From contig CBDDKF010000015.1 of NCBI GenBank assembly GCA_965230015.1, positions 47,393 through 111,392 of the forward strand: a stretch of DNA of 64,000 nucleotides, read 5' to 3'. This stretch comes from Ilumatobacteraceae bacterium (GTDB lineage Bacteria; Actinomycetota; Acidimicrobiia; Acidimicrobiales; Ilumatobacteraceae). The translations under genes were made by a program, and so were the position numbers. Positions 16,930-26,394 of the stretch are shown in pieces. How positions within the stretch are numbered: the stretch's first letter is position 1; every line of letters begins with the position of its first letter. The notes beneath the pieces were generated by a model that worked only from the letters and a program-made list of their open reading frames with translations, made no database searches and was not told the DNA's origin.

Positions 16930-19900
16930 TCAGAGGGCTACAGGCGAGCGCGCGTCGAGCAAGCCCGAGGCCGTGGCGATCGTGTAGGCGGCAACATCGG
17001 CCGGCCCCAGCCGCTGGCCGTGGTCCCACCAGCGGGCGAAGTCGTCGGGATACTCACGGCGCAGGCGGTCGGCTTGGAGCAGTGCGTACTTGGCGCTGAA
17101 CCCTGCCCGATACCCGGCGGCGTCGCGTGCGCCGAGCACGGTGACCGCCGCATCGGGGCGCTCGGCTCGCTCGAACAGTGCACCAGCGGTGCCCAGACCC
17201 GACAGCGCCCAATGCCACAGACCTCGTTCGGAAGCGAACGCCTCGACCTGGATCATCGCGTCGAGGGCGCGATCGAGCGTGCCGTGGGCGACCATGGCGA
17301 ATGCCCGGATGCTGCGACCGGTCATCGACGAGTTGACCAGGCCGAACCGGTCCGACAGCTCGATGCACGCATCGGCGTCGGCGATGGCACCTTCGCCGTC
17401 GGTCCACATCCGACTCAGCGCCCGTGTACCCAGGGCCAGTGAGCGCGCCGATGCGCCGAGATCGGCCGACAACACGTCGAGCAGATGGGCCACATCGCGG
17501 AGATCGTGATCGTCGGCGAAGTCCATCGTCGAGCGCGTGTGCATCGCCCCGAACTTCGCCTGCACAGCCTCGGGGGCAGGGTTGTCGATGATCCGATCGA
17601 GCCACATGCGCGCGTCGTCGAGGTCGCCGTCGGTGTACCTGCGCCAGGCCACCGCCCACGCCGCCTCGGCAAGTTCGGGCTCGGCCTCGGCAACGGCGTG
17701 CGACAGTCGGTCGCTCAGTGCCCAATCGCCATGGAAGTTGGCCAACACGGCCCAGCCCGCATACGCCCGAGCTTCCTGGTCGCTGGTGTAGCTGGTCGTG
17801 CCAACGTCGAGCAGTTGGTCGTACCACTCGAGCATCTCGAAGCGCATCGCCACGTTGCCGTACAAGCCAGACCTGGAGAGCAACTCGATCACATCGGTGC
17901 GCCGCTCGAGTTGTGCCGCCATGAACACGGCCGCACGCAGATCGTCCCACCGATCGGCGAAGCGCCGCACGCCGTCGTTGTCGGGCGCGCCGATCGTTTC
18001 CCGCCACACGTCGACCAAGGCGACGAGGTGGTCGACGTATCGATGCCGCACTGCGTCGGTCAATCGTTCGCGGGTGAACAACCGGACGCTCTCGAGCAGC
18101 CGATAGCGAGGCCCAAGCTCGGACGGCTCCGGGCCGATCAACAACGATCGCTGCGTGAGCTCGTCGACCATGGCGATGCGTTCGAGCGGCGACGCATCGC
18201 TCATGGCGCCGATGTCGTTCATATCGAACCGGTCGGCGAACACGCTGAGCGCGGTCAGGAACTCGCGCACGGGACGATCGAGGGCGTTCACCGACCAGGC
18301 GATCGTGGTGCGCAGCGTCTGTTGGTGCTCGAGCCCGCCCGGCTCTGCGTCGGTGAGGAACTCGAACCGGTCGGCGAGCAGCGACTCGAGCGTGGGTAGA
18401 TCGATCGACCGGGCGCGGGCAGCTGCCAGGCGCACGGCGAGAGGAAGGTCGTCGAGGCGGGCACAGATACGCGACACGGCCGGATCGGCGGCGTCGATCG
18501 GCTGTCCGTGACGGCGAGCTTCGCTGACGAACAGCTCGATCGCTGCGGCCCGCTCGAGGGGGTGGATTCGTCGCACCACCTCGCCAGCCGAGCCGAGCGG
18601 CGCCCGCGACGTCGCCAGGACGCGCACACGGGGACACTCGGCGAGTATCTGGTCGATGAGTGGGGCCACCCCATCGCGAACGTGTTCGCAGTTGTCCACC
18701 AGGAGCAGCGCATCGCGCTCGCCGAGCGTGCTGACAATCGAGTCGGCGACCGTGGCGGTGGCGTGCTGAAGGCCGCCGATGGCGGTCAGGATCTCCTGCC
18801 CGGCGGCTCCATCGCTGTCGAGCGTGCCGAGTTGGCAGAGCCATGCACCACCCGTGAACCGGTCGGCGAGATCGGCGCCGACGTGCAGCGCCAAGTGCGT
18901 CTTGCCCGCGCCGCCGGGCCCGACGAGCGTGACGATCCGTGCACGTTGCAGTTCGCCGCCCAACTCAGCGCGTTCAACCTCACGGCCGAACGTGTGCGTG
19001 CGCAGCGGTGGAATCGGTCGTCCGCCGACGCGCATCGACCGTGGCGGCGCAGCGGCAACTTCGAGGTCGGGGGCGGTGACACGCCACAGCGTGAGCGGTG
19101 CCACATCGGCGAGCCGGTAGAGACCGAGATCGACGAACTCGACACCATCGCCGACGTCGGAGGCCATCTCGGCCACCACCGGCGAACACAGGATCTGATC
19201 CCCCGAGCCGGCATCCATGATGCGTGTGGTTCGGTCGACCGGCCGGCCGTACCAGCCGCCCTCACGTTGACGTGCTTCACCCGTATCGATGCCGATGCGC
19301 ATCCGCGGTCGTGCCCCAGGCCACTCGGTGGTCTGCAACCGCCGCTGCGCCTCGACCGAGGCTCGCACTGCAGCAGCAACGGAGGTGAAGGCGGCGCACA
19401 CGCCGTGGGCGGGACCCGTGAACGGCACTCCGCCATGCTCGATCATCGCCGACGACACGATCTCGCCGTACTGCTCGTGCAGCGTGAGATCTGCCTGTTG
19501 ATCAGCCCCTTGATCGGGTGCGGCCGACGCGGGGTCCGTCGAGCCCGCCAGATCGGTGACGACGAAGGTGCGCATCGCCGAGCCAGCCTCGGCTCCCGCC
19601 GCCGCTTGATCCCGAATGGCGACCGCGGCCGGGCTCGGGACCACGCCGAGCTGCTCGTCGAGCGTGCGTTCGAGTACCGCGAAGCGACGGGCCACGGCGT
19701 CGGCATCGCCGCGCGCCAACGACTGACGCATCAGCGCGATGTGTGCCGATTCGTCGGTCGGGTCGAGGACGAGCACCGCTTCCCAACGGCCGGCGGCACG
19801 CAGCAACTCGATCTGGCGCAGCAACAGCTCGTTGCGCGCCTCGACCGTCCACTCGTCGTAGGGCAGGTCGGGAAGCAACTCGCCGGCGGCTGCGGCAGCG

Positions 19901-20250
19901 AGTGCGTCGTCGTCGGAGTCGTGGTGCCGCACGGCGATGGCGTCGACCCACACGTCGTGCTCGGGGAGGAGGGCGAGCACGTCGTCGCGCACGACGATGG
20001 CCTCGCGCACACCGAGAGCTTGGCGGGCGTACGTGGCAGCCTTGTTCAGCCGGTTCATAGCGGCGCCGCGTTCGGCGTCGGGCCACAACGCGTCGAGCAC
20101 CTGCTCACGATGTCGTCGCCGCTGAGGACTCAGCGCCAACAACGCCACCAGGTCGGCGCCACTACGACGCTCGAACGACGCGGCGGTCACGTTGAGGCCA
20201 TCGATGTCGACCGAGAAGTCACCGAGCAGGCGAACCCGCACCACACCCAC
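16930..20250 (-). CDS. Large multidomain regulator: SARP/BTAD DNA-binding domain + class III nucleotide cyclase-like domain + NB-ARC/AAA P-loop ATPase + TPR-like C-terminal region
   Basis: N-terminus VRVRLLGDFSVDIDG…RSGADLVALLAL (SARP wHTH) followed by a BTAD-like helical part. FVVTDLAGST…RMRIGIDTGEA is cyclase-like. Walker A is LVGPGGAGKTHLAL. LLLVDNCEHV is NB-ARC-like. GTG starts at 20250/20244/20241; the longer ORF to 21114 is antisense to the neighbouring lipoprotein gene. Confidence 0.75.
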   Translation of the reverse strand: MGVVRVRLLGDFSVDIDGLNVTAASFERRSGADLVALLALSPQRRRHREQVLDALWPDAERGAAMNRLNKAATYARQALGVREAIVVRDDVLALLPEHDVWVDAIAVRHHDSDDDALAAAAAGELLPDLPYDEWTVEARNELLLRQIELLRAAGRWEAVLVLDPTDESAHIALMRQSLARGDADAVARRFAVLERTLDEQLGVVPSPAAVAIRDQAAAGAEAGSAMRTFVVTDLAGSTDPASAAPDQGADQQADLTLHEQYGEIVSSAMIEHGGVPFTGPAHGVCAAFTSVAAAVRASVEAQRRLQTTEWPGARPRMRIGIDTGEARQREGGWYGRPVDRTTRIMDAGSGDQILCSPVVAEMASDVGDGVEFVDLGLYRLADVAPLTLWRVTAPDLEVAAAPPRSMRVGGRPIPPLRTHTFGREVERAELGGELQRARIVTLVGPGGAGKTHLALHVGADLADRFTGGAWLCQLGTLDSDGAAGQEILTAIGGLQHATATVADSIVSTLGERDALLLVDNCEHVRDGVAPLIDQILAECPRVRVLATSRAPLGSAGEVVRRIHPLERAAAIELFVSEARRHGQPIDAADPAVSRICARLDDLPLAVRLAAARARSIDLPTLESLLADRFEFLTDAEPGGLEHQQTLRTTIAWSVNALDRPVREFLTALSVFADRFDMNDIGAMSDASPLERIAMVDELTQRSLLIGPEPSELGPRYRLLESVRLFTRERLTDAVRHRYVDHLVALVDVWRETIGAPDNDGVRRFADRWDDLRAAVFMAAQLERRTDVIELLSRSGLYGNVAMRFEMLEWYDQLLDVGTTSYTSDQEARAYAGWAVLANFHGDWALSDRLSHAVAEAEPELAEAAWAVAWRRYTDGDLDDARMWLDRIIDNPAPEAVQAKFGAMHTRSTMDFADDHDLRDVAHLLDVLSADLGASARSLALGTRALSRMWTDGEGAIADADACIELSDRFGLVNSSMTGRSIRAFAMVAHGTLDRALDAMIQVEAFASERGLWHWALSGLGTAGALFERAERPDAAVTVLGARDAAGYRAGFSAKYALLQADRLRREYPDDFARWWDHGQRLGPADVAAYTIATASGLLDARSPVAL

Positions 20251-20335
20251 GACGCGATGGTACCGAGGCGAACGCGGCCCCGCCCGAACGTCCGGTTGCC
20301 ACAACTCACACCGTCGGCGGTGAAAGACTGGAGGG

Positions 20336-21664
20336 GTGGATGCGCGCCGGAGCGGTCGACGAGGTGCCGGCACCGTCGCGGTGGCGCTGGCGATCGCCGC
20401 ATGCGGATCGAGCGACGACAGCGCCGGCGACACCACCACGGCCGTAACCACCGCGCCGGTCGTCACCACGATTCCGCGTCCGACCGCACCGGCGACGTCG
20501 GCGACACCTGCGACGTCATCACCCGCCGCCACCGGCGAATCGACGCCCACCACAGCCACGCCGACCACCGCACCTCCGACGACGGCAACGCCGACCACCA
20601 CCACCCTGCCGCCGGCACCACCGCCGCCGAACGCCAACTTCGACGCGGTGCAGATCGCCTTCGAGCAGGTGGCCGATGTGAACGCCCCCACCGCTGTGGC
20701 CTGGCGCGACGGCGACCCGTCGATGTACATCACCACCCAAGACGGGTTCATCTCACGCACCACACCCGACGGGTTGGCGCCGGTCGGCGACCTGTCCGGG
20801 GAGACGATCGAGCTGCTCGCTGGCTCCGAACGCGGGCTGCTCGGGCTGGCCTTCGACCCTCGCGACGGGCGGCTGTTCGTGAACCTGACCGACCTCGACA
20901 ACAACACTCGCGTGTGGTCGTACGAGATGGTCGATGGGGCCATTGCCCTCGACACCCGCCGCGAGGTGCTGGCCATCGAGCAGCCCGGTGTGGGACACAA
21001 CGGCGGCGGGTTGCTGTTCGACCCCGACGGCAACTTGTTCATCGGCTCGGGCGACGGCGGCGGCAGCAACGGACGCGACGCCGCCGACACGTCGAAGCTG
21101 CTCGGGGTGATCATGCGGTTGACCCCGAACCTCGACGGCGACGGCTACACCATTCCCGCCGACAACCCGTTCGTGGATGGTGCCGCGGATCGGCCCGAGG
21201 TCTGGGCCCGCGGGTTCCGCAACCCGTGGAGCTTCTCGATCGACTGGCCGACCGGCGACATGTGGGTTGGCGACGTGGGGAACGACGAGCGAGAAGAGGT
21301 GAGCGTGATGCGCGGCGGCGAGCGAGGCCTCAACTTCGGGTGGCCCTGGTTCGAGGGAACGAACACCCGCCGATCGGGCGCACCCGAGGGCGTGATCCCA
21401 CCGGTGTTCGACTACCCGCGCAGCGATGGCGTGGCCGTGATGGGTGGACACGTGTACCGCGGGTCGGCGTTTCCTGAGCTGGAGGGCGCGTATCTGTTCG
21501 CCGATCTCGGCGGGGCGATGTGGGCGATCGGCGCCGAAGGGGTGTCTCGGCTCTCGGTCGATCCGCCGAACGGCATCGTCGGCTGGGGCGAGGACCCCGA
21601 TGGCGAGCTGTACCTGTTGTCGCTGTACGACGGCGTGTTCAAGCTCGTCCCGAACGTCGGCTGA
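20336..21664 (+). CDS. PQQ-dependent sugar (glucose/sorbosone) dehydrogenase family lipoprotein
   Basis: Lipobox LAIAACGSS and a Thr/Pro-rich linker. The beta-propeller signatures are GLLGLAFDP, GHNGGGLLFDPDGNLFIGSGDGG and GFRNPWSFS. RBS GGAGGGG precedes GTG 20336. Confidence 0.8.
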   Translation: MDARRSGRRGAGTVAVALAIAACGSSDDSAGDTTTAVTTAPVVTTIPRPTAPATSATPATSSPAATGESTPTTATPTTAPPTTATPTTTTLPPAPPPPNANFDAVQIAFEQVADVNAPTAVAWRDGDPSMYITTQDGFISRTTPDGLAPVGDLSGETIELLAGSERGLLGLAFDPRDGRLFVNLTDLDNNTRVWSYEMVDGAIALDTRREVLAIEQPGVGHNGGGLLFDPDGNLFIGSGDGGGSNGRDAADTSKLLGVIMRLTPNLDGDGYTIPADNPFVDGAADRPEVWARGFRNPWSFSIDWPTGDMWVGDVGNDEREEVSVMRGGERGLNFGWPWFEGTNTRRSGAPEGVIPPVFDYPRSDGVAVMGGHVYRGSAFPELEGAYLFADLGGAMWAIGAEGVSRLSVDPPNGIVGWGEDPDGELYLLSLYDGVFKLVPNVG

Positions 21665-21670
21665 CCGGAG

Positions 21671-22690
21671 ATGGCGCGGCGGTGGCGGGCGGCTGCGGCG
21701 CTGGCGGTGGCGGGCACGGTGATCGCCGGCTGCAACACCATCGATTCGGACGGGTCATCGACCAGTACCACCGTGTCGAGCACCACTGGTTCGAGCACCA
21801 CTGGTTCGAGCACCACTGGTTCGAGCACCACTGGTTCGAGCACCACCGTTTCGAGCACGAGCGGCACGACGAGCAACACGATTGCGCCCATCCCGTCCGA
21901 TGTCGTCGCTCCATTCCCGAACGACGGAACGAACACGATCGCCGATGTCGGCGAGTTCCAGATGGACAGCGTGTTCGCATCGATCGAGTGGTACTCGGCG
22001 CCGCTCCAGGACCTCGACGTCGCCGACGGCGTGACGTCGAAGACCTACGGGCAGGCCGACGACCCCAGCCCGTACTACGACGATCAACTCGAAGTGATCG
22101 ACGCGGCACGCAGGTGCGTCGACGAAGCGATGGCCCGCGACCAGCCCGATCAGCCGGCCGTGGTTTTCGACGTCGACGACACCACGCTGTCGTCGTTCTG
22201 GCTCACCCAGCTCCAGGGGTTCGGCTACGACCGCTGGCTACAGAACTCGATGTACCTGTACTCCGCCGATCCGGCGATCGAGCCCACACTCGAGTGGTTC
22301 AACGACCTCGTCGAGCAGGGCGTCCAGCCGATCCTGATCACCGGTCGCTCCGAGACCGTCACCGTGACGTCGCCGATCGACGGTTCCACCAGCTCCTTGG
22401 CGGTGGGCCCGGCGACCATCGTGAACCTCCGGCGTGCGGGCTTCGTCACCGGCGGCCCGAACAATCCCGACGACGACGGATACCTGCTGTTCTTCCAGCC
22501 GAGCGACCGATCGAGCGGCGTCGCGACCTTCAAGTCCGACACCCGTGCTCAGCTCGCTGAGGAGTTTGATCTGATCGGCAACGTCGGCGATCAGATCAGC
22601 GACCTGACCAACGCCGACGGAACCGTGGCGCCGCCGATCGAGTGCAACTACAAGTTGCCCAACCCGTACTACTTCATCCCCGGCGGGTAG
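21671..22690 (+). CDS. HAD-superfamily class B acid phosphatase-like lipoprotein
   Basis: Lipobox TVIAGCNT, a Ser/Thr-rich linker with 5-aa repeats, catalytic motif VVFDVDDTTLS, and later ILITGRSE and GDQISDL. Confidence 0.7.
   Translation: MARRWRAAAALAVAGTVIAGCNTIDSDGSSTSTTVSSTTGSSTTGSSTTGSSTTGSSTTVSSTSGTTSNTIAPIPSDVVAPFPNDGTNTIADVGEFQMDSVFASIEWYSAPLQDLDVADGVTSKTYGQADDPSPYYDDQLEVIDAARRCVDEAMARDQPDQPAVVFDVDDTTLSSFWLTQLQGFGYDRWLQNSMYLYSADPAIEPTLEWFNDLVEQGVQPILITGRSETVTVTSPIDGSTSSLAVGPATIVNLRRAGFVTGGPNNPDDDGYLLFFQPSDRSSGVATFKSDTRAQLAEEFDLIGNVGDQISDLTNADGTVAPPIECNYKLPNPYYFIPGG
21779..21838 (+). repeat. 4 x 15-bp perfect tandem repeat (AGCACCACTGGTTCG) encoding STTGS units in the lipoprotein linker
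   Basis: Read directly. Flanked by two diverged copies. Confidence 0.9.
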
Positions 22691-22720
22691 CCGGCACCGG
22701 CGTGACAGGCGCCCACCCAG

Positions 22721-23758
22721 CTACGGCGACTTGAGGCCGGCGCCACAGAGGGGCACCACGACACGCACGCCGTGGCTCTGGTCGGCTGACCGATGCGCAG
22801 CTGCGAAGGCGACCGCGCCGGTCGGCTCGACGAACCAACCGGCTGCCGCGAGCAGACGGCGCGCACTCGACACCTCGGCATCGTCGACCGTGACGAACTC
22901 GCCGTGCGACGAGGTCACCGCGTCGACGATCTCTTCGATCCGCGGCGGAGCGGCGACTGCGATGCCGTCGGCGATCGTCGATGCGCGAGGAATCGCCCGA
23001 CCAGTCGCTCGCTCGACGATCGGCGCACAGCCGACGGCTTGCACGGCAACGATGGGAGGCACGGCGTCGACCAGCCCCGCCAACCGCAGTTCCTCGAACC
23101 CGAGCCACGCACCCAGCACCAACGTGCCGTTGCCCACCGGCAACACGAGCCGATCGGGGGCACGTCGCCCCAACTGCTCCCAGATCTCGAAGGCGAACGT
23201 CTTCGTGCCCGCGATGAAGCTCGGTTCCCACACGTGGCTGGCGTAGAAGCCGTCCCCCCGGGCGACCGCGTCGAGCGCCGCCGCAGCAGCCGCCGCGCGA
23301 TCGCCATCGACGCGTACCACCGTGGCGCCATGGGCCTCGGCCTGCACCGTCTTGCTGCTCCCCGTGCTGGCCGGCACGTACACGTGACAATCGAGTCCGG
23401 CGCGGGCGGCGTAGGCGGCGATCGCCGTTCCGGCGTTGCCACTGGAATCGCACACCACCCGTTCGGCGCCGGCCTCGATGGCCCGTGCGATCACGACCAC
23501 CGCCCCCCGATCCTTGAACGACAGGGTCGGGCTGGCGTACTCGACTTTGACCAACAGGTCGGAGCCCGGCCGCCACGGACGCAGCGGCGTCCCACCTTCT
23601 CCCAAACTGAGTCGCGCCTCGACGGCACCCGGGTCGGCAACGCCCAACACCGCGCCGTAGCGCCACAACGTCGCGCCGATCGATGCGCTCGGCGGCGCGT
23701 CGACCGGGAACGGCCGCGCGATGGCCCGTTCCGGCGGGCCGTGCACTAGAGGGTCCAT
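22721..23758 (-). CDS. PLP-dependent threonine synthase-like enzyme (tryptophan synthase beta superfamily)
   Basis: PLP-lysine motif PTLSFKDRGA, then SSGNAGTAIAAYAARAG and LPVGNGTLVLG. Confidence 0.75.
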   Translation of the reverse strand: MDPLVHGPPERAIARPFPVDAPPSASIGATLWRYGAVLGVADPGAVEARLSLGEGGTPLRPWRPGSDLLVKVEYASPTLSFKDRGAVVVIARAIEAGAERVVCDSSGNAGTAIAAYAARAGLDCHVYVPASTGSSKTVQAEAHGATVVRVDGDRAAAAAAALDAVARGDGFYASHVWEPSFIAGTKTFAFEIWEQLGRRAPDRLVLPVGNGTLVLGAWLGFEELRLAGLVDAVPPIVAVQAVGCAPIVERATGRAIPRASTIADGIAVAAPPRIEEIVDAVTSSHGEFVTVDDAEVSSARRLLAAAGWFVEPTGAVAFAAAHRSADQSHGVRVVVPLCGAGLKSP

Positions 23759-24411
23759 CCTCCGTCGGTCGGCACGATCGCCCCGAACACGTACGACGAC
23801 TCATCCGAGGCCAGCCACCACAACACGTCGGCGGCCTCTTTCCCTTTGCCCAGGCGTTGGGCGGGCACGGCGTCACGCAACGACGCTTGAAACGCAGGAT
23901 CGGCGACGGTCTCGGGTGGAAAGTACGAAGGGTTCTCGATGAAGTTCGGGGCGATCCCGTTCACCCGCACGCCGTGCCGGGCGACCTCGTGGCCGACGCT
24001 GCGCACCAGCGCGAGTTGCGCAGCACGAGCTGCCTCGTAGCCCGCGATCGGATGCGACGACGACCGGATGGCGGTCGCCGACGTAGGGATCACGATCGCC
24101 CCGTGGCCTGCGGCGATCATCGGCGGGAGGCACTCGGCGAAGAGCCAGAACAATGGATGCACCAATCGGTCGAAGAGTTCGCCGACGACGGCATCAGCGT
24201 GCTCGGTGATCGGTGCAACGGTGATCGGCGCCTCGAGGTTGGCGACGACCACGTCGAATGGTCCGTGTTCGGCGACGATCCGGCGAGTGTCGTCGGCCGA
24301 CCGCAGCGGCTCCGTGTGGGCATGCACCTCGTCGCCGCCGGTGCGGAAGCGTTCCACCGCAGCCGGTCCGACGAACTCGCCCGCATCGGTGATCAGCACA
24401 CGCCGAGACAT
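23746..24411 (-). CDS. SDR family oxidoreductase (divergent, short N-terminal glycine motif)
   Basis: VLITDAGEFVG…, active-site-like YEAARAA, VRVNGIAPNF, and C-terminal GAIVPTDGGWTL. The start ATG 24411 shares one base with the pcp stop (TGATG). Confidence 0.65.
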   Translation of the reverse strand: MSRRVLITDAGEFVGPAAVERFRTGGDEVHAHTEPLRSADDTRRIVAEHGPFDVVVANLEAPITVAPITEHADAVVGELFDRLVHPLFWLFAECLPPMIAAGHGAIVIPTSATAIRSSSHPIAGYEAARAAQLALVRSVGHEVARHGVRVNGIAPNFIENPSYFPPETVADPAFQASLRDAVPAQRLGKGKEAADVLWWLASDESSYVFGAIVPTDGGWTL

Positions 24412-25085
24412 CAGATTTGGAACAGCGAATGCACGTGCTCGTCGACGTCGGTCGGATGGGCGAGCGCGGCGGCGATCGCCGCACGGACACCTGCGACAGA
24501 CGTGTCGAGCGACATGCTCGGGTTGCCGAGATTCTCGTCGGCGGCAGCGACCTCCGGGAGCTGCGGCAGGTGCACCCAACCAGCTTTGATATCGAGGCCC
24601 TCGGAGGCGATGTGGTAGAGCACTCCATACATCAGGTGGTTGCACATCAGCGTGCCGCCGGTATCGGAGATGTCGGCCGGCACGCCGGCTCTGCGCATGG
24701 CCAACACCATCGCGCGAATCGGCAACGTGGCGTAGATCCCCACCGGACCACCGGGAATCGTCTCATCGTCCTCCAGCACCACACCGTCGTTGTCGGCGAT
24801 GCCGTAGCGGGCCGAGTCGTTGAGATTCTGAGCGATTCGCTCGGTGGTGATCATCGACCGACCGAAGTACTCGCCGAGCATCACGACATGCGAAGGAGCG
24901 CACTCACCAATCGCGGCCGTCACCACGTCGATGCAACGGAACCACCGACTGGGCGCCATCCGTCCGACGACGGGCACACCGTCGATGACCTCACCGTCGA
25001 GTGCCTCGGCGGTGAGCTGCGCTGGGTTGGTTGTGGTGGTGCCGTAGGGCTCGAACCCCGTCACCAGCACCCGTGGGGTCTCCAT
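24411..25085 (-). CDS. pcp: Pyroglutamyl-peptidase I
   Basis: VLVTGFEPYG…NPA, LGEYFGRS (Glu), GGTLMCNHLMY (Cys-His). These are classic peptidase C15 signatures. Start at ATG 25085 (METPRVLV). Confidence 0.85.
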   Translation of the reverse strand: METPRVLVTGFEPYGTTTTNPAQLTAEALDGEVIDGVPVVGRMAPSRWFRCIDVVTAAIGECAPSHVVMLGEYFGRSMITTERIAQNLNDSARYGIADNDGVVLEDDETIPGGPVGIYATLPIRAMVLAMRRAGVPADISDTGGTLMCNHLMYGVLYHIASEGLDIKAGWVHLPQLPEVAAADENLGNPSMSLDTSVAGVRAAIAAALAHPTDVDEHVHSLFQI

Positions 25086-25250
25086 GTCGCTCCGTTCTGC
25101 TGTTGTTCGTTCTGATGTTGTTCGTTCGGCAGTCGCTCGTTCGGCGCCGTTGTCGGCGGCCGACGCGGAGACTAACGAAGCGCCGTCACACACTGCCGTG
25201 GCGCATACCGTCACTCCTCGGCACCGGGTTCGATTGGTCGACCTGGCAAT

Positions 25251-26387
25251 GTGGGAGGCGTGATCCTCGACACGCTCGACATCAACACCGACACGTTCTT
25301 CGCCGGAACCGGCTGGCAGATCAAGCCCGAAGGAGCGTGCAAGGGCGAAGTGTGCGTCCCGCTGCCCGACGGTTTCTCGCTCGAGTACGCCGCGCAGCGA
25401 CTGGGCATGGCCGTGGTGGCCGACGAACCGTCGGGTCGTTGGGCGCTGGGCCCGGAGTCGCTCAATGGTCAAGCCCTCGTCACCGCCGAGGCGCCGGAGC
25501 TGGTACTCGACGACATCGATGGCCACGAGTTCCGCCTGTCGTCGCTGCGTGGCAAGAAGGTGGTGCTCGTCGCGTGGGCGCCGTATTGAGGTTGCCGCTA
25601 TGACCTGCCCGGGTGGCAGGCACTCCACGAAGAGCTGAGCCCGCAGGGCGTCGAGATCGTCACCGTGTCGCTCGAACTGAGCGGTCCAGAGGTGTCACGC
25701 CCGTTCATCGACGCGGCGTCGCCGACGCACCCGTCGTTGCTCGACCCGACACATCAGCTGGGTGCGTTGTTCGGTGTGGTCAACATCCCGAACGTGATCT
25801 GGATCGACGAGCAAGGAACGATCGTGCGGCCCGCCGAGCCCGGGTTCCCTGGCGGCGACCACTACCCCGACTGGCTGCGCAGCTACCTCGATGAACGCGA
25901 CGCAGCGGCGGAATCGAAGGCGAAAGAAATCGAAGCGACCGATCCGGAGCTCGCGGCGAAGATGCGCGGCGGACAGGATCAACAGTCGTACGCCGATGCG
26001 ATCCGCGACTGGGCGACCAACGGTGCCGACAGCCGCTTCGCCTTGTCGCCCGACGAGGTGATCGCGGCGTCGCAACCACGTCCTGCTGCCGTGTCGGAAG
26101 CCGCCGCGCACTTCGAGCTCGCCAACGACCTGTGGCGCAGCGACCAACGAGACGCGGCGATCCCCCACTTCAACGCCGCGCATCGGCTGCAACCCGACAA
26201 CTGGACCTACAAGCGCCAAGCGTGGTCGCTCGTCGGCAACGAACGCGCCGGCGGCGGCGAACTCGGTCGGTTCAACCAGGGTCCGCTCCCCGGCGAAGAG
26301 GACGACTGGCCGTTCGAGGGCAACTTCGCCGACGAAGCCGGCAGCACCCCGGCTGGCGACTACTACCCCAAGACCCTCGACGTCTGA
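25251..26387 (+). CDS. Thioredoxin-fold (TlpA/ResA/redoxin-like) protein with an in-frame TGA at 25587-25589 at the redox-active position (candidate selenoprotein, motif W-A-P-Y-U-G-C)
   Basis: ORFs 25251-25589 and 25665-26387 are in the same frame. Read through, the sequence is LRGKKVVLVAWAPY-TGA-GCRYDLPGWQALHEELSPQGVEIVTVSLE…NIPNVIWIDEQGTIV, a continuous redoxin fold with the TGA where the first CxxC-type Cys is expected. Confidence 0.75.
25604..25620 (+). other. Candidate bacterial SECIS hairpin CCUGCC-CGGGU-GGCAGG, 14 nt downstream of the in-frame UGA
   Basis: 6-bp GC stem and 5-nt loop with G at loop positions 2-4, read directly. Confidence 0.5.
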
Positions 26388-26394
26388 TCGCCCG

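Noticed and set aside
25101-25127. Direct repeat TGTTGTTCGTTC x2 (15-bp spacing) plus a third CGTTCGG, between pcp and the candidate selenoprotein gene.
   Set aside because: It is short, lies within the region antisense-translated in the longer pcp ORF, and has no palindromic structure or second locus to compare. This is not enough to call a regulatory site.
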